Shown here in pieces: positions 30,832 to 41,209 of a stretch of DNA of 64,000 nucleotides. The position numbers and the translations under genes were made by a program. The stretch covers positions 1 through 64,000 of the IMG/VR virus record IMGVR_UViG_3300035698_014170; one strand, given 5' to 3'. The first letter of the stretch is position 1, and each line of letters starts with the position of its first letter. The DNA comes from a virus. The notes below the pieces were generated by a model that worked only from the letters and a program-made list of their open reading frames with translations, did no database searches and was not told where the DNA came from.

Positions 30832-32895
30832 ATGAGCAATAGTGAAATTAATCCAGTTGATTTATTTGAATGTCTTGTAAATGATAACGGCATCAAAGTT
30901 TTTACCGAAGGCAAAGCAGAAATTGAAAATTCACTAGACCGGTTAGCTAAAGTTTCTGGTACAGAATTGTCAGATATTTGGTTAGTCGAAGTAGCAGGTA
31001 AGAAAGTTCCCGAAAGTAGACTAGACGTAATCGACGATATAATGCATTCTAAATACAGTGCAGAATACGACAGTTATCTTAAAGGCGAAACTGGGTTAGC
31101 AGAAAGAAAAAATCGTTTCAAAAACTTAAGAATATCTGAAGCAGGATACAACAAAGGCGATACTGTTAAAGTCGTTAAAGATAGTGAATGGGGTCAATGG
31201 CTTGTCAAATATTATGAAAATGGTAAATATTCAGAAGATAAGACATCTTATCACGATGATAAAGAAGATGCAGAAGGAACAGCAGAGTTTACTCGTAAGA
31301 AAATTGCTACTGCTAACGAATCTACAGAATCAGAAGAAACAGCTCCTGCTGAATTAATTGAAGAACCAGAATTAGACTCTGAAGATGTATCAATGGAAGA
31401 CGGGGAAAAAACTCCTGATAAGAAAAAACAAGATGGTATGGACGAAGTGTCTGATAAAGAGTTGGAGCAACTTATTGATAAGAAAAACGAATCTACTGAT
31501 TCGATGGATAATAGATTACAGAAAATGTTTACTGAGGATAAAATAGAAATTCTTCAAAAGAAAATTGATCGATTAAATGCTCAAGCAAAAGAAACAGATA
31601 GCCAGCAACAAGGTACTAGAAAATCAAGTCGAGGCTACGGACTTCAAAATATGTACGGAGAGATAGATAAAGCAGAAAAGGAAATTGCTGTTCTAAAAAA
31701 AAGATTAGGAGAATCTATTAACGAATCTGTGCAAGAATTAATAGGAGAAGTATCTGGTATAACACAGTTTGAACAGAAGATATTGAATTGGGCAATTGAA
31801 AACAATGTGATAGATAACGAATTTCCTTCTTATAATGACATGATGTATGCAATTTCTCGTCATCCTAAAGCAGAAAAACAATCGTTGTCTTCTATAGGCG
31901 ATAACGAAGTTCGATTAGCCGATAACGCGGACGTATCAGGAATGTATTTAAGATATATTTTAATGCCTAAAGCAAAAGAAGCTTTTAAACACAGTTACTC
32001 AGATACCGAATCTTGGTTTGATGTAGATAAAGAAGGCAATCCTACTAAAGAATCTTTACATATTTGCAACGATTGTAGTAAGACGTTTAGGAGTAAACTT
32101 TCTGAGTGTACGCATTGTAAATCAAAAAACGTAGAAAAAATAGTAGAAGAAATATCAGATCAACTAGCCTTAGGTACAAAGATTGAAATGGAACATACGG
32201 ACGACAAAGAAGAAGCTGCTAAAATAGCAATTGACCATATTCAAGAAGATCCTGATTATTATACAAAACTTAAAAAGATGGAAGCTGGCGGTTGTGACGA
32301 ATCTAAAGTAAACGAATTTGACGACAATAAAGACGGATATACAGTAATTGCAAAAGGTATAGCAGATAAAGATTCAGCAGATGAACTTGCTAATACTCAT
32401 CAAGCCACTGTTATACAAGACGAAGAAGATGAAAAGAAGTTCGCTGTAATCAAAAAGACAGACGAATCTAAAGTAAACGAAGACACTCGTAATACTGTGA
32501 TTACAGCTTTTGATCCACATGGTTATAGTTTATCGGCTGAAGAAATAGATAAAGATACAGGCACTAGAACTCTTACTCTATCAAAAGGCGCCGAAGAATT
32601 AAAAATACAGATTATGCCTACTCAATCAGACGCATACGAAAGCAAAGTAAAGGAACGTGATCAAGGTAGTCCTCTTAATACTAATAAAATAGATTGGGGA
32701 GATAAGGAAGAGGTTCGAGAACTTTTCGTTGAGAATTTTGGCGAAGATTTTGATCCTGCTAATCTAGTAACAGTAGAAGACAACGATGTTAAAACAGCTG
32801 TATATATAGATTACAGTGGAAGAGTTGAATATTACTTTGTTTATTGGAACACTAATTATAATGATCTTCCTACTATTAAGAAGATAAATTTTTAA
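30832..32895 (+). CDS. Second modular polyprotein incl. DUF5661-like domain and zinc ribbon
   Basis: LGTKIEMEHT...IAIDHIQEDPDYYTKL; CNDC..CTHC; linkers ESINES, DESKVNE x2, YESKVKE. Confidence 0.7.
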   Translation: MSNSEINPVDLFECLVNDNGIKVFTEGKAEIENSLDRLAKVSGTELSDIWLVEVAGKKVPESRLDVIDDIMHSKYSAEYDSYLKGETGLAERKNRFKNLRISEAGYNKGDTVKVVKDSEWGQWLVKYYENGKYSEDKTSYHDDKEDAEGTAEFTRKKIATANESTESEETAPAELIEEPELDSEDVSMEDGEKTPDKKKQDGMDEVSDKELEQLIDKKNESTDSMDNRLQKMFTEDKIEILQKKIDRLNAQAKETDSQQQGTRKSSRGYGLQNMYGEIDKAEKEIAVLKKRLGESINESVQELIGEVSGITQFEQKILNWAIENNVIDNEFPSYNDMMYAISRHPKAEKQSLSSIGDNEVRLADNADVSGMYLRYILMPKAKEAFKHSYSDTESWFDVDKEGNPTKESLHICNDCSKTFRSKLSECTHCKSKNVEKIVEEISDQLALGTKIEMEHTDDKEEAAKIAIDHIQEDPDYYTKLKKMEAGGCDESKVNEFDDNKDGYTVIAKGIADKDSADELANTHQATVIQDEEDEKKFAVIKKTDESKVNEDTRNTVITAFDPHGYSLSAEEIDKDTGTRTLTLSKGAEELKIQIMPTQSDAYESKVKERDQGSPLNTNKIDWGDKEEVRELFVENFGEDFDPANLVTVEDNDVKTAVYIDYSGRVEYYFVYWNTNYNDLPTIKKINF
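32296..32481 (+). repeat. Two exact 21-nt repeats GACGAATCTAAAGTAAACGAA (DESKVNE) at 32296 and 32461
   Basis: Direct reading. Confidence 0.95.
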
Positions 32896-32905
32896 TAGAA
32901 AGATA

Positions 32906-33223
32906 TTGATGCATTTATTTCACGATAGTTTAGATAACGAAGTTGATTTAGATAACTTAGCTACTTATCCTGCTGAATGGTATAGGTTAACTGCTTACGA
33001 ATTATTCGATATGGCTTGGGCGGAAGCAGGTAAATCATTAATTTATATGAAATATTTTTATCCTAATTTTGATTGGTCCGGACAAGACGAAAACGTAAAT
33101 ATATTATGTATAGAATTACGAGATAATTATAAAGAACGTTTTTGTGACGATACTCCAGAAAATCGTTTATGGTTTATGAGTTGGATTTTTAGATTTCAAA
33201 CTGAGGTAGAAAATCAATGTTAG
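32906..33223 (+). CDS. Hypothetical protein
   Basis: ORF overlapping next start. Confidence 0.55.
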   Translation: MMHLFHDSLDNEVDLDNLATYPAEWYRLTAYELFDMAWAEAGKSLIYMKYFYPNFDWSGQDENVNILCIELRDNYKERFCDDTPENRLWFMSWIFRFQTEVENQC

Positions 33224-33834
33224 AACTTTTAGAACAACTTATAAAAGAACAAGATGTCATTATGAATGAATTAAGTGGTAAAGGATTTAAAAAAGCTTTA
33301 GCCACTGGTATAGTAGGAGCATCTACTGTATTAGGCGGATTACAAAATACTGCACAGGCATCCCCTCCTTCCGACGCTAAACCAATATATAATCAGCCGA
33401 GTTACTCGGCACCTTTACATAAAGATGTGTCAAAGGTATCTGCCGGTGCAGTAATTATTAAACTCGATCCAATATGGAGAATTGAATCTTCTAGAGGAAA
33501 AAATCTTTGGAATAAAAGGACAAGAGCAAGAGGACATTTTCAATTTGTTGAAAAGACATGGAACGAATGTGTAAAAAGAATGGGTAAGGATTGGGATTGG
33601 TGGACTGATTCGATGGATTACAAAAAAAGCAGTCAAGTCGCTGATTATTATTTAAACAAAAGAATTCCTCAGATGATAAGGTATTATAAAATTCCTGATA
33701 CAATCGAAACAAGAATAGGTGCGTATAACTGGGGAATCGGAAATACGTTAAAAAGTTATAGGAAATACGGCGATAATTGGTTACAACATTCTACAAAAGA
33801 GACTATAGATTACGTAAGAAAGTATAAATTGTAA
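33217..33834 (+). CDS. Lytic transglycosylase (SLT/lysozyme-like) with leader and Gly/Ala-rich hydrophobic segment
   Basis: IESS catalytic Glu, ARGHFQF..TW, AYNWGIGN, ETIDYVRK. Confidence 0.85.
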   Translation: MLELLEQLIKEQDVIMNELSGKGFKKALATGIVGASTVLGGLQNTAQASPPSDAKPIYNQPSYSAPLHKDVSKVSAGAVIIKLDPIWRIESSRGKNLWNKRTRARGHFQFVEKTWNECVKRMGKDWDWWTDSMDYKKSSQVADYYLNKRIPQMIRYYKIPDTIETRIGAYNWGIGNTLKSYRKYGDNWLQHSTKETIDYVRKYKL

Positions 33835-35160
33835 ATGAAAAAACTAATAGAACACTTAATAAAAATTCAAGAAACTTTTGATAGAAAAACTATAGTTGCT
33901 ATCAATAAAGTTTATAAAGACCACGAAAGAAGACTAGATCCAGATTCTGAACAAGTGAAAACTGCACTTCAAGGCTTAAAAAGTTATTACATTAATTATA
34001 TTGATTGGTGGGCACAAGGACACGGAAAAAACGAATCTTTTAAATTAAAAATGGCTTATACTAAAAGATTAGAAGAAATACAAGATAGTTTACAGTCGGG
34101 AGATATCAAAGCTCAAATTATTGCATTAGATAATGCTATAAATCAATGGCATATCGATTTTCCAGTAATCGAACATTTAAGAATGGAATTAGAAAATTTA
34201 GAAGAAGATGATATTTTAAGTAGTGAAATCGAACATGTAATAGACGATACATACGATATATTACGATCGTTAGGACGATTACCTAAAAAAAGTCCTTATG
34301 TTCTTGAATCTACAATTGATTTTCCTCGTAAAGAACTTTGTCCGGCTATTTGGTTAAAAGAAAATAATAGATATGTTATTAAACCGGAAGTTAAGGAAAT
34401 TATCTTTAATTTATTATCAGAATACGGTATAATAAATGTAATAGAGATAGCAGAAGAAATTCATATAACTGGATCAATCGGCACCGCCCAATATCTTGAC
34501 GATACTGATATCGACGTACATGTTGTAGCAGATGCTAGTAAAATTGAAAACGCCGAAAATGTTCAAAAAGATATATTTAAATACTTTAGGAAAGAAGAAA
34601 ACACTGTTTATATCGATCAGCACCCTATAGAAGTTTATTTACAATTTGATCCAAAGCAAGAACTTCTTTCTGATGCTGTTTATAATTTGATAGACGATAA
34701 ATGGATAATAGGTCCTAAAATTGTACCTGCTAGTTACGATCCTTATGAAGATTTTAGTGATGTACTTCAAGATGTAAAAGATTTAGCAGGTGAAGCAGAT
34801 AAAGAATTTGGCGAATTAAAAAGAGATGCCGTTGATTACAGTATAATAAGTAAAGCAATTGAAAATTTAGACGGAGCCGATCAAAAAGCTCTTCTTACTA
34901 AATTGAAAGATAAACTTTATGAAATAGAAAACGATATAAGTAAATTAAAAGGTCTTAAAAAGAATTGGATTCAAATGCGTAGAAACTCTTCCAAAGGAGA
35001 TGGTAAAACTCTTACTTGGAGAGAAGACAATGCAAAATTCAAATATTTGCAGCGATATCATTATATGAAAACAATTTCAAAACTTGAGCAAATACTTAGT
35101 GATAATAAAATAGAACCAGAAGAATTAAATACTATTCGTCAGATGATGGGAAGTAATTAA
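33835..35160 (+). CDS. Pol-beta-superfamily nucleotidyltransferase with N-terminal extra module
   Basis: ITGSIGT...DTDIDVHV, HPIEVYLQ, AVYNL..KWI. Confidence 0.8.
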   Translation: MKKLIEHLIKIQETFDRKTIVAINKVYKDHERRLDPDSEQVKTALQGLKSYYINYIDWWAQGHGKNESFKLKMAYTKRLEEIQDSLQSGDIKAQIIALDNAINQWHIDFPVIEHLRMELENLEEDDILSSEIEHVIDDTYDILRSLGRLPKKSPYVLESTIDFPRKELCPAIWLKENNRYVIKPEVKEIIFNLLSEYGIINVIEIAEEIHITGSIGTAQYLDDTDIDVHVVADASKIENAENVQKDIFKYFRKEENTVYIDQHPIEVYLQFDPKQELLSDAVYNLIDDKWIIGPKIVPASYDPYEDFSDVLQDVKDLAGEADKEFGELKRDAVDYSIISKAIENLDGADQKALLTKLKDKLYEIENDISKLKGLKKNWIQMRRNSSKGDGKTLTWREDNAKFKYLQRYHYMKTISKLEQILSDNKIEPEELNTIRQMMGSN

Positions 35161-35636
35161 TGAGTAAGATGATACCTCAAAGATCAATTGATGCACTACG
35201 TGCCCAGATTAACGTATCGTTAGCGAATTTTGGGATTGACTGTGATCTATATGTTCCGACAAACCTTGCTACTACTGAAATCGACGATATTTATCAAGCC
35301 CCTGCTGATTATGTATTTGATCATTATACAACTACTTGTTTTATTGAATGGAACCCTAATATTTTTAGACTAAAAGCTAGGGGGCTTTACGTAGACGGCG
35401 AATTACCTATTATTGTGTATATCCCTTATAAAGCTACTGATGATAGTAACGAAGAAGTAGACGTAGATGTATTAAGACATAGTTATATATCAATTGATCC
35501 TCAGTTTATTCCAGATGATTATGAAGGTGCTGAGGAATTTGAATTAGTTGACATAATCGTAGACAAATTTCATGATGCTGCGATTGTAAAATCATTTAAA
35601 GCAGTTCCAAGGAGATATGAAGATGCTTCTGGATAA
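35160..35636 (+). CDS. Putative head closure/neck protein (gp14-like)
   Basis: FGIDCDLYVP motif, LKARGLY; position before tail terminator. Confidence 0.55.
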   Translation: MSKMIPQRSIDALRAQINVSLANFGIDCDLYVPTNLATTEIDDIYQAPADYVFDHYTTTCFIEWNPNIFRLKARGLYVDGELPIIVYIPYKATDDSNEEVDVDVLRHSYISIDPQFIPDDYEGAEEFELVDIIVDKFHDAAIVKSFKAVPRRYEDASG

Positions 35637-35647
35637 AGGAAAAGAAA

Positions 35648-35848
35648 ATGATAGTAGACAAAATTGTAAATACATCTTTTGGAAATGTCGAAATACGTTT
35701 AATAGATAAAACTTTGGTAAACATAAAACCAAACGAAGCTTTAGAAAAAGTAGATGTATTTAATGTAAATGAGCTTATTTCAAACGGTAATTTATTGATT
35801 GATTTAGGTGAAGACGGATTAAAATTCAGAACAGGTAAAAGGAGCTAA
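35648..35848 (+). CDS. Small hypothetical protein (paralog of next gene)
   Basis: MIVDKIVNTS..IKPNE..VDVFN. Confidence 0.55.
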   Translation: MIVDKIVNTSFGNVEIRLIDKTLVNIKPNEALEKVDVFNVNELISNGNLLIDLGEDGLKFRTGKRS

Positions 35849-35850
35849 TT

Positions 35851-36057
35851 ATGAGAGTATCAAATATTAAAAACGTATCAAAAAAAGGTGTTACGCTTAA
35901 GACGGTTAGTAAGATGGAAATATTTTTACCGCCGGAGCAAGAATTTGAGGATATAGATGTGACTAATTTAAAAAAGCTAGGTGAAAAGGTGTCTTATGTT
36001 TCGGATTTAACAGAAGTAAATCGTGGGAAAAGGGGTAGAGCTGTTCTTCATAGCTAA
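35851..36057 (+). CDS. Small hypothetical protein
   Basis: MRVSNIKNVS..LPPEQ..IDVTN. Confidence 0.55.
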   Translation: MRVSNIKNVSKKGVTLKTVSKMEIFLPPEQEFEDIDVTNLKKLGEKVSYVSDLTEVNRGKRGRAVLHS

Positions 36058-36176
36058 TTCACAATATATACATTGATTTAGTTTTTATCTTTTAACAGAT
36101 TGAAAAATTAATAAAGCCATATTCGTCCTTATACTTAATTAATATACTATACTAATTTTAAAGAAACAAAAATAAC

Positions 36177-36455
36177 ATGAAAAAATTGAAAAAAATTGAA
36201 ACTTTATCTGAGTTTAAAAATTATTCTCAATTGTTAGCCGCTCACCGTATATTAGGCGAATATTTAAATTTAAAAGAAGTTTTAGCAGAAATTCGGGATA
36301 ACACATCTTGTAATTTTTCTAAAATAGAACCAGAATCATTTGCAGAAGGATGGATTAAAGAAAACGTTATTACAAAAGACAAAGATTGGCCGGATAACGT
36401 ATTCAAATATTTTATGGAACTTTTTGTAGGTTATAATCATAATCAAGAGGAATAA
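36177..36455 (+). CDS. Hypothetical protein
   Basis: ORF track. Confidence 0.5.
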   Translation: MKKLKKIETLSEFKNYSQLLAAHRILGEYLNLKEVLAEIRDNTSCNFSKIEPESFAEGWIKENVITKDKDWPDNVFKYFMELFVGYNHNQEE

Positions 36456-36457
36456 AA

Positions 36458-37375
36458 TTGTCTAGTTTTCTTAAAACAATTGATATAAGTATAAGAACCG
36501 CTTTATTCGATAAGTTCGGAGATCTCCTAGATCTTATTGATGTAAACAGAGGTGTTCTTCTTTATCCAAAAGAAATAGCTTTTAGAATGATATCTGAGAA
36601 GAAGGGGAAGTCTATCTCTGAATTTATAAATGTTTGGAGAACAAGGACTGCGCCTTCGTGGAAGAGACAAAGAACTCCTGTAGCTCGCCGAGGAATGACA
36701 ATGGATTATACCGACAGTACAGGTACTAATACCACTGTTGTTAAAGCAATGCCAGTCGATTTAGAGTATAATGTTTGGTTTTGGACAAAAGATATTGAGA
36801 ATCTTAATCTTATAGCAGAGAAATACCTTTTTTGGCAGCAGGATAATCCCAACCTCAATTTATATTATAATACTGATTATCCTGCTGACCTTGATTTACA
36901 TTTTGGTGAAATGGTAGACGAATCAAATGTTCCTAATATGTTAGATCGTGGTAACCATTTCTGCATGCGAGTACCGATTACAATAGATGGTTGGATATTT
37001 GCAAGTGATGATACATCCAAGGTTATTCAAAAAATTGAGATGGTTTTATATGATTCTCAAAATTTAACAGATTATAAAGAATGTATATACGAAGCAGATG
37101 AATATGATTCAGATACTGAAGCTGCTTTAAGATTATACGAAGAGCACATGTTTGGAATATTAGCAGTAGACGTTGATAAAAGTACATTTACTGTAAACAG
37201 GGCATCTGCTGACGAATTTGTAGTAGATAGTACTCTTTATATCGATGACAGTACTGGAAACGACGGAGTTTACACAATTGTATCCGCAGTAGACGGAGCT
37301 GATAATACAGTAGTAACAGTATTAGAAGAAATCGAAGACAGTACTGTTGACGGAAATATTAGCATAAAAATATAA
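36458..37375 (+). CDS. Tail terminator / sheath stabiliser (gp15-like)
   Basis: PVDLEYNVWFWTK, ITIDGWIF; immediately upstream of sheath. Confidence 0.65.
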   Translation: MSSFLKTIDISIRTALFDKFGDLLDLIDVNRGVLLYPKEIAFRMISEKKGKSISEFINVWRTRTAPSWKRQRTPVARRGMTMDYTDSTGTNTTVVKAMPVDLEYNVWFWTKDIENLNLIAEKYLFWQQDNPNLNLYYNTDYPADLDLHFGEMVDESNVPNMLDRGNHFCMRVPITIDGWIFASDDTSKVIQKIEMVLYDSQNLTDYKECIYEADEYDSDTEAALRLYEEHMFGILAVDVDKSTFTVNRASADEFVVDSTLYIDDSTGNDGVYTIVSAVDGADNTVVTVLEEIEDSTVDGNISIKI

Positions 37376-37403
37376 AATAATTTTTGAATTTGGAGAACAA
37401 ATA

Positions 37404-39130
37404 ATGGGAACTTATCTTAGCGCTGGCGTATATAGTAAAGAAAAAGATTTATCACAAATAGTACTGAATATTGCTACTACTACTACTGCTGCGTTATGTG
37501 GTTGGTCGCCAAAAGGTGACGTAGACGATATCAAACTTATTACAAACCAACAGCAATTTATAGAGGAATACGGCAAACCCGTTAATACATCGGGGAACTA
37601 TTTTCATTATACTGCTTTAGCTTTTCTTGAGAAAGGTAATAAGCTTTGGTGTAAAAGAGTAGAAGAAGACGCAGAGTATGGCGGGTATGGAATTAGTAAT
37701 GCTGTTCTTGCTGGAACGAACGAAACATTTAGTGACATATCTAACGATTTTGATGCAATCATGGATAGCGGATATGCAGGTTCTTTAACGGACGCAGATT
37801 GTTTATTCATGATTATGGGTAAAGATCCTGGCGTTTGGAATGCAAGAATAAGTGTAGCAGTCGATAAACTAGTGAATACTACGGAAAGTTGGGATACTGG
37901 AGCTCCTACAGCAGTAGCAGATGCAATTGTTCCAGCCGAAGTAGATCAGTATACATTTAGAATTAAAGTGTACTGGGAAAACGACGATGGAGATGACGAA
38001 TTAGTCGAAACATGGGTAGTTTCTAGAAAACATAAAATTAACGGTTACGGCAAACAACTTTATCTTGAAGATAGAATTAACGGCTACAGTGAGTATATTT
38101 ATGTACAGGACAATACTGCACTTGCTGATACTCGAATGCCAGATGGTTTTACCACTCAAGTTAATTTAGGAGCAGGATCTGACGGTACTGCTTATGCTTC
38201 TCTTGCTAAAACAGTTATAGCAGGTGCATCTGCCACAAGTACAGGTTGGTATGCTTTTCAAATCCAGCAGTTGTCGATATCAGAATTTTGTTAAACGGCG
38301 GAGAAACTGGTGACGGTGTAACTACTGCTGTTCAAGATGCAATGTTAGCAATAGCAGAAGCAAGAGCAGATTGTATTGCAATAATGGATATGGATTACGA
38401 TGAGATGGGTGCAGGTGTAGACGATGCTATTACTTGGCGGAAGACTGTTAATAACATGAATTCAAGTTACGCAGCACTTTATGCTCCTTGGGTTAGAATA
38501 AACGATCCTTATAATGATGTATTAATGTACGTACCGCCATCAGGATATGTAGGAGCCCAATTTGCTTATAATGATTATGTTGCACAACCTTGGAATGCTC
38601 CAGCAGGTTTTAATCGAGGAATGTTAAATATTGTATCTGTGCAAGACATATTTACAGAAGGCGAAAGAGATGTTTTATATGAGGCTCAGATTAATCCTAT
38701 TCAAACGTTCAGAGGCGAAGGCGACGCAATCTGGGGTCAAAAGACAATGCAGACAAAATCTTCTGCTCTTAGTCGTGTAAATGTACGTAGATTACTTATC
38801 GTAATTGAAAAGGCGATGGCTATTAGTCTTAGACCGTTTGTATTCGAAAACAATAGTGAGTTAACTAGATTTAGAATTGAAGCTATGTTGATCGAATACT
38901 TAGATCTTTTATCTTCACAAGGTGCTTTCCAAACAGAAGCAGGCGATAACGGATATCTAGTTGTTGTAGATACTACTAACAACACAACAGCAGTAATAGA
39001 TAGGAATGAGCTTAAAGTTTCGGTTTTTGTGAAACCTGCGAGAACGGCAGAATTTCTTGAACTCTCTACGGTTGTTACCAGTTCTGGGGCCAGCTTTGAT
39101 GAGCTCACTTCTCGTGGAGCTTTACTGTAA
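37404..39130 (+). CDS. Tail sheath protein (gp18-like), split by one-base deletion at T4 38255-38258
   Basis: YLSAGVYSKEKDLS start; SSYAALYAPW, PPSG, PWNAPAGFNRG, INPI, WGQKT, RVNVRRL, FENN. Confidence 0.92.
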
Positions 39131-40029
39131 TGAGTGTTAAAAAGAAACGAAAATCTTGGACTAAGGAAGCTTTAGAAAAACGAAGTCTAACTATCCGAAA
39201 TAAATATAAAAACGGATATGTTTCTCCTTTGTTAGGTTCTACTTCAGCAAAGTTAGGAAAAACTTACGAAGAGATTTATGGTGTAGATCAAGCTTTAGAA
39301 TTAAAACAACGGTTACATAAATCACATATAGGCATTTCGACGTCTCGTAAAGGAAAAACTTACGAAGAGATTTATACCCTTGAAACAGCTAACAGATTTA
39401 AGAAACGAATGGTCGAAAACAATCCTTCTAAAGCTCGTATAGGTAAAACACATAAAGAGTTTTTTGGAATTGAAAAAGCTAAGGAAATAAGTAAGTTAAT
39501 TAGTAAAAGTAGAAAAGGGAAAACTTACGAAGAGATTTATGGAGTTAAACAAGCTACTAAACTAAAAGAAAACTTGCGAAAGAAACAAAAAGCTTGTTGG
39601 GCTAACGTAGATTATAAGGAATGGCACGGGAAATTAACAGCAAAATCTCAACATGTAAAGCCTAACAAACCCGAAACCATTTTATTAAATCTTCTCAATA
39701 TAGTTCTTCCAAATCAATATGAATTTGTAGGGGACGGCGAAGTGTGGATCAACGGAAAGAATCCTGATTTTATTAATGTAAACGGCCAGAAGAAATTAAT
39801 AGAGATGTTTGGCGATCATTGGCATTCAGAGGAAATTCAAGGCGTTCCAACAGAACAACATGTGAAGGAACGTAAACTAATTTTTTTCAATCGTGGATAT
39901 GAAACTCTCATTATTTGGGAACATGAATTAAAAGATTTAAAAACTGTAACTAATAAAGTATTAAAATTTAATAAAGGAACCAAAAATGTCAGACATGTCG
40001 ATAAATTCGCTCAAGAACAGTTTAACTAA
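39130..40029 (+). mobile_element. Free-standing homing endonuclease: GKTYEEIYG repeats + Vsr-like PD-(D/E)XK nuclease
   Basis: GKTYEEIY x3 plus a variant; PNKPE, NPDF, LIEMFGDHWH, GYETLIIWEHEL. Confidence 0.8.
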
Positions 40030-40489
40030 TCCTGCAAGGGATTATCTTTGGGAAGTATTATTTTCCAATCCGAAAGGCGGAGATACAGAAACTTTGTTAC
40101 TTAGATGTCAGTCTACCAGTATTCCTGGCAGGTCTGTAGGTAAAATACCTATTCCGTATAAACAGAATGCCCCGATTCAATATCCAGGAAAGATTACGTA
40201 CTCGCATAATTGGCCTTGCACATTTGTAGAAGGCGAAGATCGTGAGATGTGGAATGCTTTTTACGATTGGGCTCAGTCTATAATCGACGACGAAACAGGA
40301 CTCGGATCTTTTAATATTAAAACTGATATTTATCTTAGTCTTTTAAACACAGACGGCTCTAGTCCTATGAAAATCAAACTCGTTGGTTGTTTCCTCGAAT
40401 CTCAGGAAGATATTGCTGTGTCGTACGATAGCGAAGGCGCTATTAAAATAGCGGCAGCGTGGAGTTATGATTTTTGGACTAAAGCATAA
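39986..40489 (+). CDS. Tail tube protein (gp19-like)
   Basis: NPARDYLWEV, CQSTSIPG, YPGKITY..WPCTF, WSYDFW. Confidence 0.9.
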   Translation: MSDMSINSLKNSLTNPARDYLWEVLFSNPKGGDTETLLLRCQSTSIPGRSVGKIPIPYKQNAPIQYPGKITYSHNWPCTFVEGEDREMWNAFYDWAQSIIDDETGLGSFNIKTDIYLSLLNTDGSSPMKIKLVGCFLESQEDIAVSYDSEGAIKIAAAWSYDFWTKA

Positions 40490-40497
40490 TTATTAAA

Positions 40498-40571
40498 GGG
40501 GCTATAATTATACCCGTTATCAAATTAAACGTGTTGTACGGGATGTCAGACCCCTTAAACAAGCACTTAAA
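40498..40571 (+). repeat. Dispersed element, copy 5 (intergenic)
   Basis: GGGGCTATAATTATACCCGTTA...GTCAGACCCCTTAAACAAGCACTTAAAGGA. Confidence 0.9.
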
Positions 40572-40580
40572 GGAAGATAC

Positions 40581-41189
40581 ATGTCTTTACTAAATAATAT
40601 TTTTGGATTTCCAAGAATTGGCGTTCAACGCTCTTATCTTTGGGATTGTATACTACCAGATGTTTGGGGTGCAGGTATTCTTGGAGTAGCTGTTTCTAAG
40701 TTTTGTCAAGAAGTTAAAATCGGCAACTATAATATCGATGATGTATCGGAAATGAAAACTGGGGCTTATAAAAAGTTTTTTGCAGGCAATATGAATATTT
40801 CAAATCCTACGATGACTTTTATAGCCCCAGTACCCGATATTGTGTCTAATTATTTTCATACTTGGAAGAAGAAAATTATTGACGACGAGGGTTTTTATCA
40901 CAAGGCCTCTAATTATAAAAGAAATGTTTATGTGGTATTATACGATAGAACAGGTATTCCGGTTAACATGCTCACATTAGTTGGAGCATTTCCAAAATCG
41001 TTTCCGTCTTGGAATTTAAGTTACAACGGACAAGATTTAGTGAAATACGATGTGGAATTTAAAGTAGACAAGATTAAAACTGGATTGTCTGCTTTTGGAT
41101 CTTTCGGATCTGATGCATCTAAAGCATTAGGAGAAGCAGGAACAGCTGTTAAAACAGGAATAAGTAAAGCAGGCAGTTTATTTAATTAA
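40581..41189 (+). CDS. Tube-like baseplate/tail tube initiator (gp54-like)
   Basis: QRSYLW, YFHTWK, YKRNV, GAFPKS..LSY tube-fold motifs. Confidence 0.75.
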   Translation: MSLLNNIFGFPRIGVQRSYLWDCILPDVWGAGILGVAVSKFCQEVKIGNYNIDDVSEMKTGAYKKFFAGNMNISNPTMTFIAPVPDIVSNYFHTWKKKIIDDEGFYHKASNYKRNVYVVLYDRTGIPVNMLTLVGAFPKSFPSWNLSYNGQDLVKYDVEFKVDKIKTGLSAFGSFGSDASKALGEAGTAVKTGISKAGSLFN

Positions 41190-41209
41190 TTAAAAGGAAA
41201 GAAAGAAAA

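Noticed and set aside
37404-39130. Two-gene or intron-split sheath
   Set aside because: A single added T restores a continuous sheath; no intervening sequence
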